64,000 nucleotides of DNA from an uncultured Planctomycetota bacterium. Lineage in GTDB: Bacteria > Planctomycetota > DG-23 > CAZBND01. The stretch lies in assembly GCA_964493415.1 (NCBI GenBank), contig CAZBND010000002.1, forward strand, positions 97,678-161,677, in the 5' to 3' direction. Positions 9,090-18,853 of the stretch are shown piece after piece. The translations under genes were made by a program, and so were the position numbers. A model generated the notes under the pieces. That model was not told the origin of the DNA. It searched no databases and saw only the letters and a list, made by a program, of their open reading frames with translations. The first letter of the stretch is position 1. Each line of letters opens with the position of its first letter.

Positions 9090-9775
9090 TGCGCTTCCTG
9101 ACGCGCCGCGAATCTCGCAAGCTTGACGAATCCGCCATGGTTGATTACGGGCTTGCCGGCCTCGTGCTTATGGAGAATGCGGGAGCAGCGGTTGCGCGCG
9201 AGACTCTTGCCGCGTTACGCGAGGTCGGAGCCGAGAGAGTCGTGGTGGTCTGCGGCAAGGGAAACAACGCCGGCGACGGCTTCGTGGCCGCGCGCCATCT
9301 CGTGAGTGCCGGCATTCCTACTTCAGTCCTCCTTCTCTCCTTGAAGGAAGAATTGAGGTCCTCCCCCGACGCGTGGACAAACTTCACCATCATCGACCAG
9401 ATGGCCGCTCGCGGCTTTGGCCCGGAAATCGTCGCTTTCTCAGACCTCGAGCCCGTTCGAGGAATTTCAGAGAAACTATCTCCGCATGTTGTCGTCGTCG
9501 ATGCGATACTCGGAACCGGACTGACCGGAGATGTACGCAAACCCGCGTCTTCGGCTATTGACGCAATCAACTCGTCAGACGCCTTCGTCGTCTCGGTTGA
9601 CATCCCGTCCGGACTCGATGCCGACAAAGGTGTGCCTCTCGGCACGGCTGTCCGTGCCGACGTCACCGTCACCATGGCCGGCCCGAAAGCCGGGTTCTCC
9701 AAGGCTTCCGCGCGTGGATACGTCGGCAAGGTGGTCGTCGCCGAGATAGGGTGCGGATTTCTGTTGCAAGAGTAG
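9086..9775 (+). CDS. nnrE: NAD(P)H-hydrate epimerase (stand-alone YjeF_N, no NnrD fusion)
   Basis: LMENAG, CGKGNNAGDG, VDAILGTG, SVDIPSG, ADVTVTM. Confidence 0.9.
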   Translation: MMRFLTRRESRKLDESAMVDYGLAGLVLMENAGAAVARETLAALREVGAERVVVVCGKGNNAGDGFVAARHLVSAGIPTSVLLLSLKEELRSSPDAWTNFTIIDQMAARGFGPEIVAFSDLEPVRGISEKLSPHVVVVDAILGTGLTGDVRKPASSAIDAINSSDAFVVSVDIPSGLDADKGVPLGTAVRADVTVTMAGPKAGFSKASARGYVGKVVVAEIGCGFLLQE

Positions 9776-9795
9776 CGATCCCGTCCGCGTGCCGC

Positions 9796-10908
9796 TCAGG
9801 CGACCTTTCGCAGAATCTCAACCACGTCCGCCGGCTCGATCTTCTTCGGGTTCGCTTTCAGAGAGCCCGACGGCATGCTCTCCCGCGCCACGAGATCGAA
9901 GTCCGTCTCTTTCAGCCCGAACTCCTTCAGACTCGTTGGCATGTTCAGCCGTTTCAAAAGCTTCGTGACGAGCTCGACGGGGTTTCCTCCGAAAATGGAC
10001 TCCAGCTCCTCGAAATCTGACGCGGCGTATGCTGCGTTCAACTCCATGGCATGGGGCAGCAGCACCCCGCATACAAGCCCGTGAGGAATGCCGTATTTCA
10101 CTCCCAGTGGATGCGCTATACCGTGAACTACCCCCGCTCTTGCATTGGCCAGCGCCATACCGGCCATCAGGCTACCGTAGGCGGCATCCGTGCGCGCCTG
10201 CATATTCGTCCCTTCCTCGAAAGCCGCGACTAGTGAATCCTTGAGCAGCCGCACCGCATGAAGCGAGAGCGCTTTCGTCAGGGGCGTTGCGTGAATTGAT
10301 ACGAGCGACTCCACCGCCTGCGTCAGCGCGTCCATCCCCGAATACGCCGTCATCTTCGGCGGCACGGACACGGTTAGTTCCGGGTCCAGCAGCGCCACTC
10401 GCGGAAGTATCCCCAGACCGCGAATGCTCTTCTTCACCGGCACCGACCTGTCGCAGATGACGCTGTTCGGCGTGACCTCCGCTCCTGTCCCCGATGTCGT
10501 AGGGACGGCGATGCAGGGCACGCCCGTAACCCTGATCGCTTGCCCTCGAAGGAATTCGGCCGTCTCGGCCTCCTCGTTCGCCAGCGCGGCAATCGCCTTG
10601 CCGACGTCGAGCACGCTCCCCCCGCCGGCTGCCACGACCAGGTCGCAGCCGGCGTTGGAGCGCACAGTTCTGCCGCCATCGACGAACGTCCCCTCGGGTT
10701 CCGGCTCCACTCCCGAAAACTCCTCGTGCTCGACGCCGGCTCTCGCCAGGGCTCGGCGCATCCGGTCTGCGATCCCCGCTCGCTCCACCGCCCCTCTACC
10801 CGTCACGAGCAGCGCCTTCTTTCCCAGACGCGACGCCTCATCACCCAGACTATCGATTGATCCCGCCCCATGTACTATTCGTCCGGGGACCCTGAAAATG
10901 AAACTCAC
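9796..10908 (-). CDS. iron-containing alcohol dehydrogenase
   Basis: GGGSVLDVGK, VPTTSGTGAEVT, GMDALTQAVE, HGIAHPLG, HGLVCG. Confidence 0.92.
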   Translation of the reverse strand: MSFIFRVPGRIVHGAGSIDSLGDEASRLGKKALLVTGRGAVERAGIADRMRRALARAGVEHEEFSGVEPEPEGTFVDGGRTVRSNAGCDLVVAAGGGSVLDVGKAIAALANEEAETAEFLRGQAIRVTGVPCIAVPTTSGTGAEVTPNSVICDRSVPVKKSIRGLGILPRVALLDPELTVSVPPKMTAYSGMDALTQAVESLVSIHATPLTKALSLHAVRLLKDSLVAAFEEGTNMQARTDAAYGSLMAGMALANARAGVVHGIAHPLGVKYGIPHGLVCGVLLPHAMELNAAYAASDFEELESIFGGNPVELVTKLLKRLNMPTSLKEFGLKETDFDLVARESMPSGSLKANPKKIEPADVVEILRKVA

Positions 10909-10987
10909 GCTGACACCTCCTGTGAAGCTCTTTACGTCGGGTCCTTCAGAAGTTACTTACGCATGCCCGCCCATTATACAAAATCCA

Positions 10988-11016
10988 TTGCGCCTGTTCG
11001 ACCTCGATGCTATCTT
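10988..11016 (+). promoter_or_regulatory. extended -10 promoter of surE
   Basis: TTGCGC, 17 nt spacer, TGcTATCTT. Confidence 0.45.
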
Positions 11017-11040
11017 TGGCTCTGGACAGGGAGTCATCAA

Positions 11041-11820
11041 GTGAAGATCCTCTTGACAAACGACGACGGCATCGAAGCCGACGGTATCCTTGCTGCGTTC
11101 GAGGTACTCTCAGACTTGGGCGAGGTTGCTGTCGTCGCCCCGCGCCGCGCCTCCAGCGGCGCCGGCCACGCCCTCACCATACGCGCCCATATCGAGGTGG
11201 AGGAGATTGAAAGGGACGGCAGGCGCTACGGATTCGCGATAAGCGGCACTCCCTCCGACGCCGTCAAGCTCGGCATCAAGATGCTTCTTCCTCACCCCCC
11301 CGATCTCGTCGTCTCCGGCATAAACGCCGGACTGAACTTCGGATTCAACTCCTTCTATTCCGGCACTGTTTCCGCCGCTCTCGAAGGAGCCATAATGGGA
11401 GTTCCCTCCATCGCCGTTTCGCTGGACGTGCTTGACGGCGGGCGATATGACGATGCGGCCATGGTCCTTCGAGAGCTGGTTGACAGCTTTCGCAAGTTAC
11501 CTCCGCCGCCGGACGAAGCGCTCAGCGTCAATATCCCCGCCCGTCTCTGCTCGTCTCCACCCAGGTATGCGCTTACGCGACATTCGAAGGCCTTTCTGAT
11601 CGAAACGTATCACTCCTGCGATGCCGATGCCAGCAAGAGCGTGTTCATCCTCGGAAGGGAATCCGTGGGCGGAATGCCGGAGCCCGACAGCGATATAGCC
11701 GCCGTCAAGGCCGGGGTCGTCTCCGTGGCCCGCTTGGCCCCTGACCTCAACTCGTGCAGTCCTTCGAAGGAGATCGAGCAGTGGCTGAAAGAGTCCGGCT
11801 TGAATGTCGCACGATACTGA
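11041..11820 (+). CDS. surE: 5'/3'-nucleotidase SurE
   Basis: KILLTNDDGI, SGTPSDAV, DLVVSGINAGLN, YSGTVSAA; start corrected to GTG 11041. Confidence 0.95.
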   Translation: MKILLTNDDGIEADGILAAFEVLSDLGEVAVVAPRRASSGAGHALTIRAHIEVEEIERDGRRYGFAISGTPSDAVKLGIKMLLPHPPDLVVSGINAGLNFGFNSFYSGTVSAALEGAIMGVPSIAVSLDVLDGGRYDDAAMVLRELVDSFRKLPPPPDEALSVNIPARLCSSPPRYALTRHSKAFLIETYHSCDADASKSVFILGRESVGGMPEPDSDIAAVKAGVVSVARLAPDLNSCSPSKEIEQWLKESGLNVARY

Positions 11821-12191
11821 CGTTGCTTCTCCTTACGGTACCCCTCTGTCCTTTGGGCTGTCGGCGCTCGGAGCCGACACCTACCCCCGAGCCACAGCTT
11901 GACATGAGCGAAACCGTGCCCGTCCAGGGGGAGGCAAAGGGATACCTGCACAAGGTGGTGCGGACGCAGCCATTGGCTCAGGTCGAGCTCGGCATCATCA
12001 GCGTTGAGCAATCCGTTGCGGCGTTCAATGCAATTCACGGTAGGCTTCCCAATAGCCTCGATGAGCTTCAAGCTGATGGGTATTCGCTGCCCGAACTCCC
12101 GCGCGGCAAGGCCTTCAGATACTTGCCCGGCACCGGTAAAGTCTGGGTGGCCGACGTTCCCAAAGAGCCCAGGACTTCGCCCGCTCCCTGA
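11781..12191 (+). CDS. putative lipoprotein with pilin-like C-terminal segment
   Basis: Hydrophobic stretch then PLGC lipobox-like motif, Pro-rich linker, FNAIHGRLPNSLDEL...FRYLPGTGKV; start uncertain (GTG 11781 after AAGGAG). Confidence 0.6.
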   Translation: MAERVRLECRTILTLLLLTVPLCPLGCRRSEPTPTPEPQLDMSETVPVQGEAKGYLHKVVRTQPLAQVELGIISVEQSVAAFNAIHGRLPNSLDELQADGYSLPELPRGKAFRYLPGTGKVWVADVPKEPRTSPAP

Positions 12192-12239
12192 CGAGTCCGC
12201 CACGCGGGCATATGAATGCCCGCACGAGCCGCCCCGCCA

Positions 12240-12268
12240 TTGACCAAGCGTGCCTATGGTGCTATATT
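12240..12268 (+). promoter_or_regulatory. sigma70 promoter of the uppS...folE operon
   Basis: TTGACC, 17 nt spacer, TGcTATATT (extended -10). Confidence 0.65.
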
Positions 12269-12297
12269 ACCCAAAAGGGGTAAAATAAACGTCGATT

Positions 12298-13020
12298 ATG
12301 GAAGAACCTGATCAGCTTCCCAGGCATGTGGCCATCATCATGGATGGCAATGGTCGCTGGGCTCGAAAACGGGGTCTGCCGCGACATCGGGGGCATGAGG
12401 AAGGCGCTGCTGCCGTCAGAGAAGTGGTCGAGGAAGCGGCCCGTCAAGGACTCAAACAGCTCACATTGTATGCGCTTTCTGCCGAGAATCTTTCGCGCAG
12501 GCCCCCGGACGAGGTGGATTTCCTCATGGACCTCCTCAAGAAGAGCCTGCGTGACGAGTTCCCCTCTATACTCGAAAACAGAATCCGATTCGTTTCCATC
12601 GGCAGAGTCCATCAACTGCGCGACGATGTCAAAGAAGAGTTGACCAAAGTCACACAGGGCAGCAGCGGAAACGCCGGCATGACGCTATGTCTCGCCTTGA
12701 ACTACGGAGGCCGCAGCGAGATCGCCGATGCGGCAAAAAACCTCGCCGATGACGCCGTCAAAGGCAAGTTGCCCGTTGACCGCATTGACGAATCCGTGTT
12801 CCAGTCATACTTGTACACGGCCGGCATGCCCGACCCGGACATGATCATAAGGACGGGCGGGGAGCTGAGGATGAGCAATTTCCTCCTTTGGCAGGCCTAC
12901 TACTCGGAGCTGTGGGTGACCCCCATTCTATGGCCCGATTTTTGCAAAGAACACCTTCATCAGGCTTTTCGGGATTACGGAACGAGAGTGAGAAGATTCG
13001 GAGGGCTCTCTACGGGATGA
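12298..13020 (+). CDS. uppS: undecaprenyl diphosphate synthase
   Basis: HVAIIMDGNGRWA, ALNYGGRSEI, PDPDMIIRTGGELRMSNFLLWQ. Confidence 0.97.
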   Translation: MEEPDQLPRHVAIIMDGNGRWARKRGLPRHRGHEEGAAAVREVVEEAARQGLKQLTLYALSAENLSRRPPDEVDFLMDLLKKSLRDEFPSILENRIRFVSIGRVHQLRDDVKEELTKVTQGSSGNAGMTLCLALNYGGRSEIADAAKNLADDAVKGKLPVDRIDESVFQSYLYTAGMPDPDMIIRTGGELRMSNFLLWQAYYSELWVTPILWPDFCKEHLHQAFRDYGTRVRRFGGLSTG

Positions 13021-13847
13021 GCCTCGCCCTTCGCGGTAGAGCAGGGGCAGCAATGGTGGTCGGCGTCGCCCTGGTACTGGTTACCGACTGGGCGACTAGT
13101 TCCAACCTCGCAACGCTGGTCGGAGCAGGTTTCGTGGTTGCGCTTGCTTCCTCAGAGTTCTATGACCTGGTTCAGCCAAAGGGGCTTAGCGCATTCAAGC
13201 CCTTCGGGATGGCCGCGGCCATTACCCTTATTCTTCTCCCTTCTCTCTCGCACTCGAGGGGCTGGGGAGGGCTTGTCGCGGCCTTCGTGTGTTTTCTCCT
13301 CTGGTGGCTGGCTTTCAGGCTCCTATTCCGCCCGCAGCGTACGGGCGGGGACTTCGGGACGCGAATCGCCCTAACGTCTCTTGGCGTGGTCTATGTCGGC
13401 GGCCTTGCAAGTTTCTGGGGTTGGATACGCCTACTGCCCAATGGCCTTGCCGCACTATGCGTACTGGTGATACTGGCGAAAAGCGGCGACTTGGCCGCCT
13501 ACGTCGTGGGTTCCTCCTTCGGGAGGCACAAGCTCGCCTCGAAGGTCAGCCCGAACAAATCCTTGGAAGGAGCCGCAGCCAATATGGTGGTCTCCGTGCT
13601 TCTTGCGCTCATAATCGTGCTGATATGGCGGAAGCCCTTCGAACGTCCGTCCGACGCATTGTTGTTCGGATTGTTGGTGAGCGTTGCCGCGCAGGTGGGT
13701 GACCTTCTGGAATCGAAAATCAAGCGTGCTTTCGGTGCTAAGGATTCCTCCAGCATGATCCCGGGCTTCGGTGGAGTGCTTGACGTAATCGACTCAGTCC
13801 TTGTCGCCGCACCAATGGGCTACTTCGTCCTCATTCTACTAAGGTAG
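13017..13847 (+). CDS. cdsA: phosphatidate cytidylyltransferase
   Basis: SPNKSLEG, GDLLESKIKRAFGAKDS, IPGFGGVLDVIDS; start ATG 13017 overlaps uppS stop. Confidence 0.95.
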   Translation: MSLALRGRAGAAMVVGVALVLVTDWATSSNLATLVGAGFVVALASSEFYDLVQPKGLSAFKPFGMAAAITLILLPSLSHSRGWGGLVAAFVCFLLWWLAFRLLFRPQRTGGDFGTRIALTSLGVVYVGGLASFWGWIRLLPNGLAALCVLVILAKSGDLAAYVVGSSFGRHKLASKVSPNKSLEGAAANMVVSVLLALIIVLIWRKPFERPSDALLFGLLVSVAAQVGDLLESKIKRAFGAKDSSSMIPGFGGVLDVIDSVLVAAPMGYFVLILLR

Positions 13848-13853
13848 GTTCCC

Positions 13854-14801
13854 TTGAGCGAACAGTCAGAACGCGTCATTGTGATTCCCGAGGGAGTCTC
13901 TCCGCGAGACCTTTTCGGAAGCCATGACGCACACCTCAAGCGTGTCCGCGACGCCATGGGCGTCCAGATCGTCGCTCGCGACGGAGTCATAAAGCTTATT
14001 GGAGACCCCAAGGGCGTGGACCGCGCAGGCAGCGTGCTTTCCGAACTCATTGCCGTCCTCCGTGACGAAGGGCGATTGCGCAGAGAACACGTCGATCTGG
14101 CGCTGGACGGAGCAAGCCAAGCCCCCACCAGAGGTGGAACACAGCGTATAATGGTCTTCAGGCGTGGCCGCTCGATACAGCCCAGGACCAAGGGCCAGCA
14201 GCAGTATGTCGAGGCCATTGACCGTAGCGACCTGACCTTCTGCATCGGGCCCGCAGGGACCGGCAAAACTTACCTCGCCGTCGCCAAAGCCGTGGACGCC
14301 CTGCGTGAAGAACGTGTTGACCGTATAGCTCTCGTTCGTCCCGCCGTCGAGGCGGGGGAGAAGCTGGGCTTCCTTCCCGGCGACCTCGAAGCCAAGGTCA
14401 ATCCCTACCTTCGTCCCCTCTACGACGCTCTTCATGATATGATGGATCCTAGCCAGATACGCCGCTCTATGGACAACGGAGTCATCGAAGTCATACCTCT
14501 CGCTTTCATGCGCGGGAGAACCTTGGGCAGATGTTTCGTCATCCTTGATGAAGCTCAAAACTGCACGATTCGACAGATGAAGATGTTCCTCACCCGGATA
14601 GGCTTGAGCTCCAAAGTGGTCGTCACGGGCGACGTAAGTCAGGGAGACCTGCCCGAGGGTGAAATGTCCGGCCTCATTCACGCAGAGAAAATACTCACGG
14701 ATATTAAAGGAATCGAATTCGTCTACCTCGACAAGGCCGACATAGTGCGGCATCCTCTCGTACAGCTAATCGTCGAGGCGTTCGAGCGCGACGGCAAGTA
14801 A
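13854..14801 (+). CDS. phoH: PhoH family ATPase (KH-PhoH, PhoL/YbeZ type)
   Basis: IGPAGTGKTYLA, RPAVEAGEKLGFLPGD, PLAFMRGRTL, LDEAQN. Confidence 0.95.
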   Translation: MSEQSERVIVIPEGVSPRDLFGSHDAHLKRVRDAMGVQIVARDGVIKLIGDPKGVDRAGSVLSELIAVLRDEGRLRREHVDLALDGASQAPTRGGTQRIMVFRRGRSIQPRTKGQQQYVEAIDRSDLTFCIGPAGTGKTYLAVAKAVDALREERVDRIALVRPAVEAGEKLGFLPGDLEAKVNPYLRPLYDALHDMMDPSQIRRSMDNGVIEVIPLAFMRGRTLGRCFVILDEAQNCTIRQMKMFLTRIGLSSKVVVTGDVSQGDLPEGEMSGLIHAEKILTDIKGIEFVYLDKADIVRHPLVQLIVEAFERDGK

Positions 14802-14823
14802 GTCGCCGAAAGGCTGAGTACCG

Positions 14824-17136
14824 ATGGGCATAAGAAAAATGATCCGAAGCAGGCGTGACGCCTCGCGCGAGCGGCGAAAGAAACGCGCGCCGAGCGCCCG
14901 GCGGCGGGGACGTTTCTTCAGATTCCTCGCCGGAACTCTTGCCGTCTCACTTCTGACCCTCATCATATCCTGGGGAGGGACCCCCCTTGATATCCGTGAG
15001 GGGCAAAGGGCCTCCCGCGACTACCTCTCCCGTGTCGAATTCACTTGGCGCGACGAAGCAAAGACCGCCGCCAATCGAGACCGCGCCGCGGAGAGGGCTC
15101 CCAATGTCTACGACGAGAATCTCTCTTCTCTCAACATCCTTCTGAAGGACCTTGTGGACCTCCTGCGCCAGATCGCCGACCCGGACGAACAACTCCCCGA
15201 AGGAGAGAATCTGGTCGAGAAGTGGGAGCTATCTGACGCCGAACATGCCGTCCTCCGCCGAGCGCTGGAAGACGCCGACTTCTCCAGAGTCGAGTCCGGC
15301 CTTGAAGCCGTCTTCAATAGCCTCCAGGCGCGACAGGTCGTTCAGGAGGCTCGTTACCGCAGGGAACAAGACGAAGGGCACTGGAAGATAAAGGTCCTCA
15401 GCAAGGGAGCGCAGGAGCCGATCGCGGTCGACATGGGGGACCTCATAATCAAAGAGAGGGCCGGAGATGTCCTCTTCTCTGCGCTCTCGCGGCAAAGCCT
15501 TGCTGCATTCCCCGTCGACTTCCGCAACGCTCTTGCATCCCTTATCGCTCGCCGCCTGAAGCCCACCCTGACCTACAACGAGCCGCTGTCCGCAAAGGAG
15601 GAGAAACTGGCTCGCGAAGCCCAGAAAGAGGAACTGCGCACCATCAAGGTCGACGAGGTCCTACTTCGCAGAAATCAGGTGGCGGGATCCGAGCACATCC
15701 AGATCCTTAGAGAAGAAAACCGCATCTTCTGGAGCAGCGTCGAGCCCGCACCCAAGCTCCGACGCATCGCCGGTACGGCGATCACCGTCGCCGTGATCGT
15801 GGGCATCGGTTTCTTCTGCCTCACAAGATTCGGACCTGCCAGCTTATCTGTGCGAGGCGCGTTAGCCTTGGCCGTCATGTGCCTCGGCATCGTCGTCGCC
15901 GCCAGAGCCTTGGCCACCGTTCAACTGACTTACCTCGTCCCCGTCTCCGCCGCCGCAATTGTCTTTGCCATCGTGCTCCCACCGATGTTTGCCGTCGCCG
16001 CAAGCTTCCTGCTCGTCCTTCTGTCGGGTGTGACCCTGTCTTTTGACTTCGCCCTCGTTATGACCTTCCTGGCGGGAAGCGTCGCCGCCATCCTTGGCTC
16101 TCTTCGCATACGCAAGAGAACCAAACTCATAAAGGTTGGGCTGCTCATCGGCATCGTCCAAGCCGCGACCCTCTGGGGAGTATGGCTGGCGACTGAATGG
16201 GCGAGCCTACCCCTTCGCTGGAGCTCGTCTCTCGTGCGCGACTCGGCCTCTGCGCTGGCCTCCGGCATCGGCGTCGGCTTCCTTCTTACAGGAGCGCTCC
16301 CATTCATCGAGCGGCTGTTCAACATAGTCACCGACATCAGCCTGCTTGAACTGTCGGATCAGAATCATCCCTTGCTCAGGAGATTGGTTCTCGAAGCCCC
16401 CGGCACCTACCATCACAGCTTCATCGTGGGTAGCCTGGGCGAGGCCGCGGCGGAGGCCACGGATGCCAACGCCCTCCTTACGCGCATCGGTTCCTACTAC
16501 CATGATATCGGCAAAGTGGCGCGGCCCGACTACTTCGTCGAGAACCAGGCCGGCAAGACCAGCCGCCATGATAAGCTCGCTCCTGCTATGAGTTCGCTCA
16601 TAATAATCTCCCACGTCAAAGAGGGCCTCGAAATGGCTAAGGCGCACGGGCTGCCTCCCAGAATCATTGACTTCATCGCTCAGCACCACGGCAATTCCCT
16701 AGTCGAGTACTTCTATCAGTCCGCACTCAGCCGCAGCAACGGCAACGAAACCGTCCACGACGACGGCTTTCGATACCCCGGCCCTAAACCGCAGACCAAA
16801 GAGGCCGCCATCATTCTCCTTGCCGACGCAGTCGAAGCCGCATCCAGAACCCTTTCTGAGCCGTCTCCTTCACGGATCGAGCGCTTCGTCGACGAAATCA
16901 TCACGAAGCGCCTTGCCGAAGGAGAGTTGGACGAGTCGGGGCTCACTCTCACCGAGATAGGCAGAATCAAGCAGAGCTTCTCCCGCGTCCTTACCGGAAT
17001 CTACCACAGTCGGATAAAGTACCCGAGCGCAAGAGGCAATTCAGAGCGGGGCAGGCATAATGACAAGACCAAGGCCTTCCAGCGGACCCAGCCCTCGACC
17101 CAGACGCACATCTCCCTGGAAGGTTCAGATAAATGA
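14824..17136 (+). CDS. 7TM-HD membrane phosphohydrolase (PgpH/YqfF-like, candidate c-di-AMP phosphodiesterase)
   Basis: N-terminal TM, large extracytoplasmic domain, about 7 TM, APGTYHHS, YYHDIGK, HHG, LADAVEAASR. Confidence 0.9.
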   Translation: MGIRKMIRSRRDASRERRKKRAPSARRRGRFFRFLAGTLAVSLLTLIISWGGTPLDIREGQRASRDYLSRVEFTWRDEAKTAANRDRAAERAPNVYDENLSSLNILLKDLVDLLRQIADPDEQLPEGENLVEKWELSDAEHAVLRRALEDADFSRVESGLEAVFNSLQARQVVQEARYRREQDEGHWKIKVLSKGAQEPIAVDMGDLIIKERAGDVLFSALSRQSLAAFPVDFRNALASLIARRLKPTLTYNEPLSAKEEKLAREAQKEELRTIKVDEVLLRRNQVAGSEHIQILREENRIFWSSVEPAPKLRRIAGTAITVAVIVGIGFFCLTRFGPASLSVRGALALAVMCLGIVVAARALATVQLTYLVPVSAAAIVFAIVLPPMFAVAASFLLVLLSGVTLSFDFALVMTFLAGSVAAILGSLRIRKRTKLIKVGLLIGIVQAATLWGVWLATEWASLPLRWSSSLVRDSASALASGIGVGFLLTGALPFIERLFNIVTDISLLELSDQNHPLLRRLVLEAPGTYHHSFIVGSLGEAAAEATDANALLTRIGSYYHDIGKVARPDYFVENQAGKTSRHDKLAPAMSSLIIISHVKEGLEMAKAHGLPPRIIDFIAQHHGNSLVEYFYQSALSRSNGNETVHDDGFRYPGPKPQTKEAAIILLADAVEAASRTLSEPSPSRIERFVDEIITKRLAEGELDESGLTLTEIGRIKQSFSRVLTGIYHSRIKYPSARGNSERGRHNDKTKAFQRTQPSTQTHISLEGSDK

Positions 17137-17575
17137 TCTCCAGTCTGTCATCAAAGTAGACAGGAAGCGGATGCGCAGACTCGCGAAGACGGTGCTGGCC
17201 TTGGAGGAACATCCTCTGGCGAGAATAAGTCTGGCCGTTGTCGACGACGCCGAAATCGCTCGCCTCAGCGCCAGGTACTTGGGCAGGCCTGCTCCTACCG
17301 ACGTGCTCGCCTTCCCTTATGACGATGCCTGCGACCCAGGCCGCGACGAAGAAATCGGCGAAGTCATCGTCTCAGCCGAAACCGCCGTCCGGGAAGCCCG
17401 CTCCAGGCGCAGGTCTCCCGAAGCGGAGTTGGAGCTTTACGTCGTCCACGGCCTGCTCCACCTGCTCGGGTACGACGATTCGACCCCGGCCGAGGCCAGG
17501 GCAATGCGTCGTCGCGAGATCGAGCTCTTGCGGAAGTTCGCGCGCTCCCATGGACACGCCGGGTCCGCGGATTAG
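17060..17575 (+). CDS. ybeY: rRNA maturation endoribonuclease YbeY
   Basis: PTDVLAF, GEVIVS, VVHGLLHLLGYDD; start uncertain. Confidence 0.92.
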   Translation: MTRPRPSSGPSPRPRRTSPWKVQINDLQSVIKVDRKRMRRLAKTVLALEEHPLARISLAVVDDAEIARLSARYLGRPAPTDVLAFPYDDACDPGRDEEIGEVIVSAETAVREARSRRRSPEAELELYVVHGLLHLLGYDDSTPAEARAMRRREIELLRKFARSHGHAGSAD

Positions 17576-17584
17576 GAGGATGTC

Positions 17585-18853
17585 TTGTTAGAAGACTCGC
17601 TTGGCGTTAGGTTTTTACTTGGATTGCTCCTGGCAGGGTCGGCCTTTCTCTCCTTATGCAAAGGAGCGCTTCAGAACTTCTCTAAGGCGCGCCTCCTCGC
17701 GTCCGCCACGACTGACGCAAAGCGTGAGCGGCTACGAAGGGACGTTGATGTCGCCGAAGAGATGACCGTCACGATAGCCGCGCTCGACCTGTTGCTTGAC
17801 TGCGCCTTTGTCGCGATCACCATAGCCGCCTTCGGGCTCCTGGAGCCTGCCTGGCAAGGTTTGGCCGTTACGTTCCTGATTTCCCTGGCCGTTATTCTGC
17901 TATTGGGCGAACTCATTCCGGCGATGCTTGGCCGCCTCCAGCCCGAGGGGATTCTTGCTCTTACCCTAGCGCCGCTGCGATTATTGTCGTTGCTCACCCT
18001 TCCCGTTCGCGTTCCCTTCGCCGCACTCGAACGTGCTTTGAAGAGTATCACGCCTCAGGATGAGCGTCCCGAATCGCGAAGCAGGCACATCGCCGAAGAA
18101 ATCCTCTCCGTCGTCGACGAGGGCGAGAGGAACGGCGCTCTGGGGGAGGAGGAACGGGACATGATCGAGGGGATCGTCGAACTTCGGGACGTCGATGTGC
18201 GCGAAATCATGACCCCCCGTACCAAGATGGTAAGCATCGAAGCCTCTACGAGCATGGAAGAGGTCAAACGGGTCATACAGCAAAGCGGCCACTCCAGGCT
18301 CCCAGTCTACGAGAAAAACCGCGACAACATAGTCGGGCTCCTCTACGCAAAGGACTTGGTCGGTCGCGAGCACGAAGCTCCCCACACCGTCAGGGAAGTG
18401 ATGAGAAGCGCCTACTTCATTCCCGAGTCCAAAGGCGTGGACGAGCTGCTCAAAGAATTCCGCAGCAACAAACTTCACATCGCCGTCGTCGTCGACGAAT
18501 ACGGCGGCACAGCCGGCATCGTCACCATGGAGGATATACTCGAAGAAGTCGTCGGTGAGATCATCGACGAGTACGATGCGGAACAGGACGTCATGATTCG
18601 CCCCATCGGTCGCGGAGTCGCCGAAGTGAGCGGCAGAGCTAGAATTGACGAGGTGAACGAGGCCCTCGACTTGGATTTGCCGGAAAGCGACGAATTCTCC
18701 ACCATAGGGGGATACGTCTTCTCGGTCCTCGGCAGGATACCCGGCGCAGGTGATACCATCCGCCACGGACAGGCAATTATGACCGTGTTGGATGCGGACC
18801 AGAGAAAGATAAACAAGCTCAAGATCGAACCGGCACCACGGGAGTCTGAGTGA
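17585..18853 (+). CDS. hemolysin family CNNM/CBS/CorC_HlyC membrane protein
   Basis: DUF21 TM region, IMTPR, HSRLPVY, VVDEYGGTAGIVTMEDILEE, CorC C-terminus. Confidence 0.92.
   Translation: MLEDSLGVRFLLGLLLAGSAFLSLCKGALQNFSKARLLASATTDAKRERLRRDVDVAEEMTVTIAALDLLLDCAFVAITIAAFGLLEPAWQGLAVTFLISLAVILLLGELIPAMLGRLQPEGILALTLAPLRLLSLLTLPVRVPFAALERALKSITPQDERPESRSRHIAEEILSVVDEGERNGALGEEERDMIEGIVELRDVDVREIMTPRTKMVSIEASTSMEEVKRVIQQSGHSRLPVYEKNRDNIVGLLYAKDLVGREHEAPHTVREVMRSAYFIPESKGVDELLKEFRSNKLHIAVVVDEYGGTAGIVTMEDILEEVVGEIIDEYDAEQDVMIRPIGRGVAEVSGRARIDEVNEALDLDLPESDEFSTIGGYVFSVLGRIPGAGDTIRHGQAIMTVLDADQRKINKLKIEPAPRESE

Noticed and set aside
12204-12223. GCGGGCAT/ATGCCCGC hairpin after the lipoprotein gene
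   Set aside because: No U-tract, so it cannot be called an intrinsic terminator; no other support
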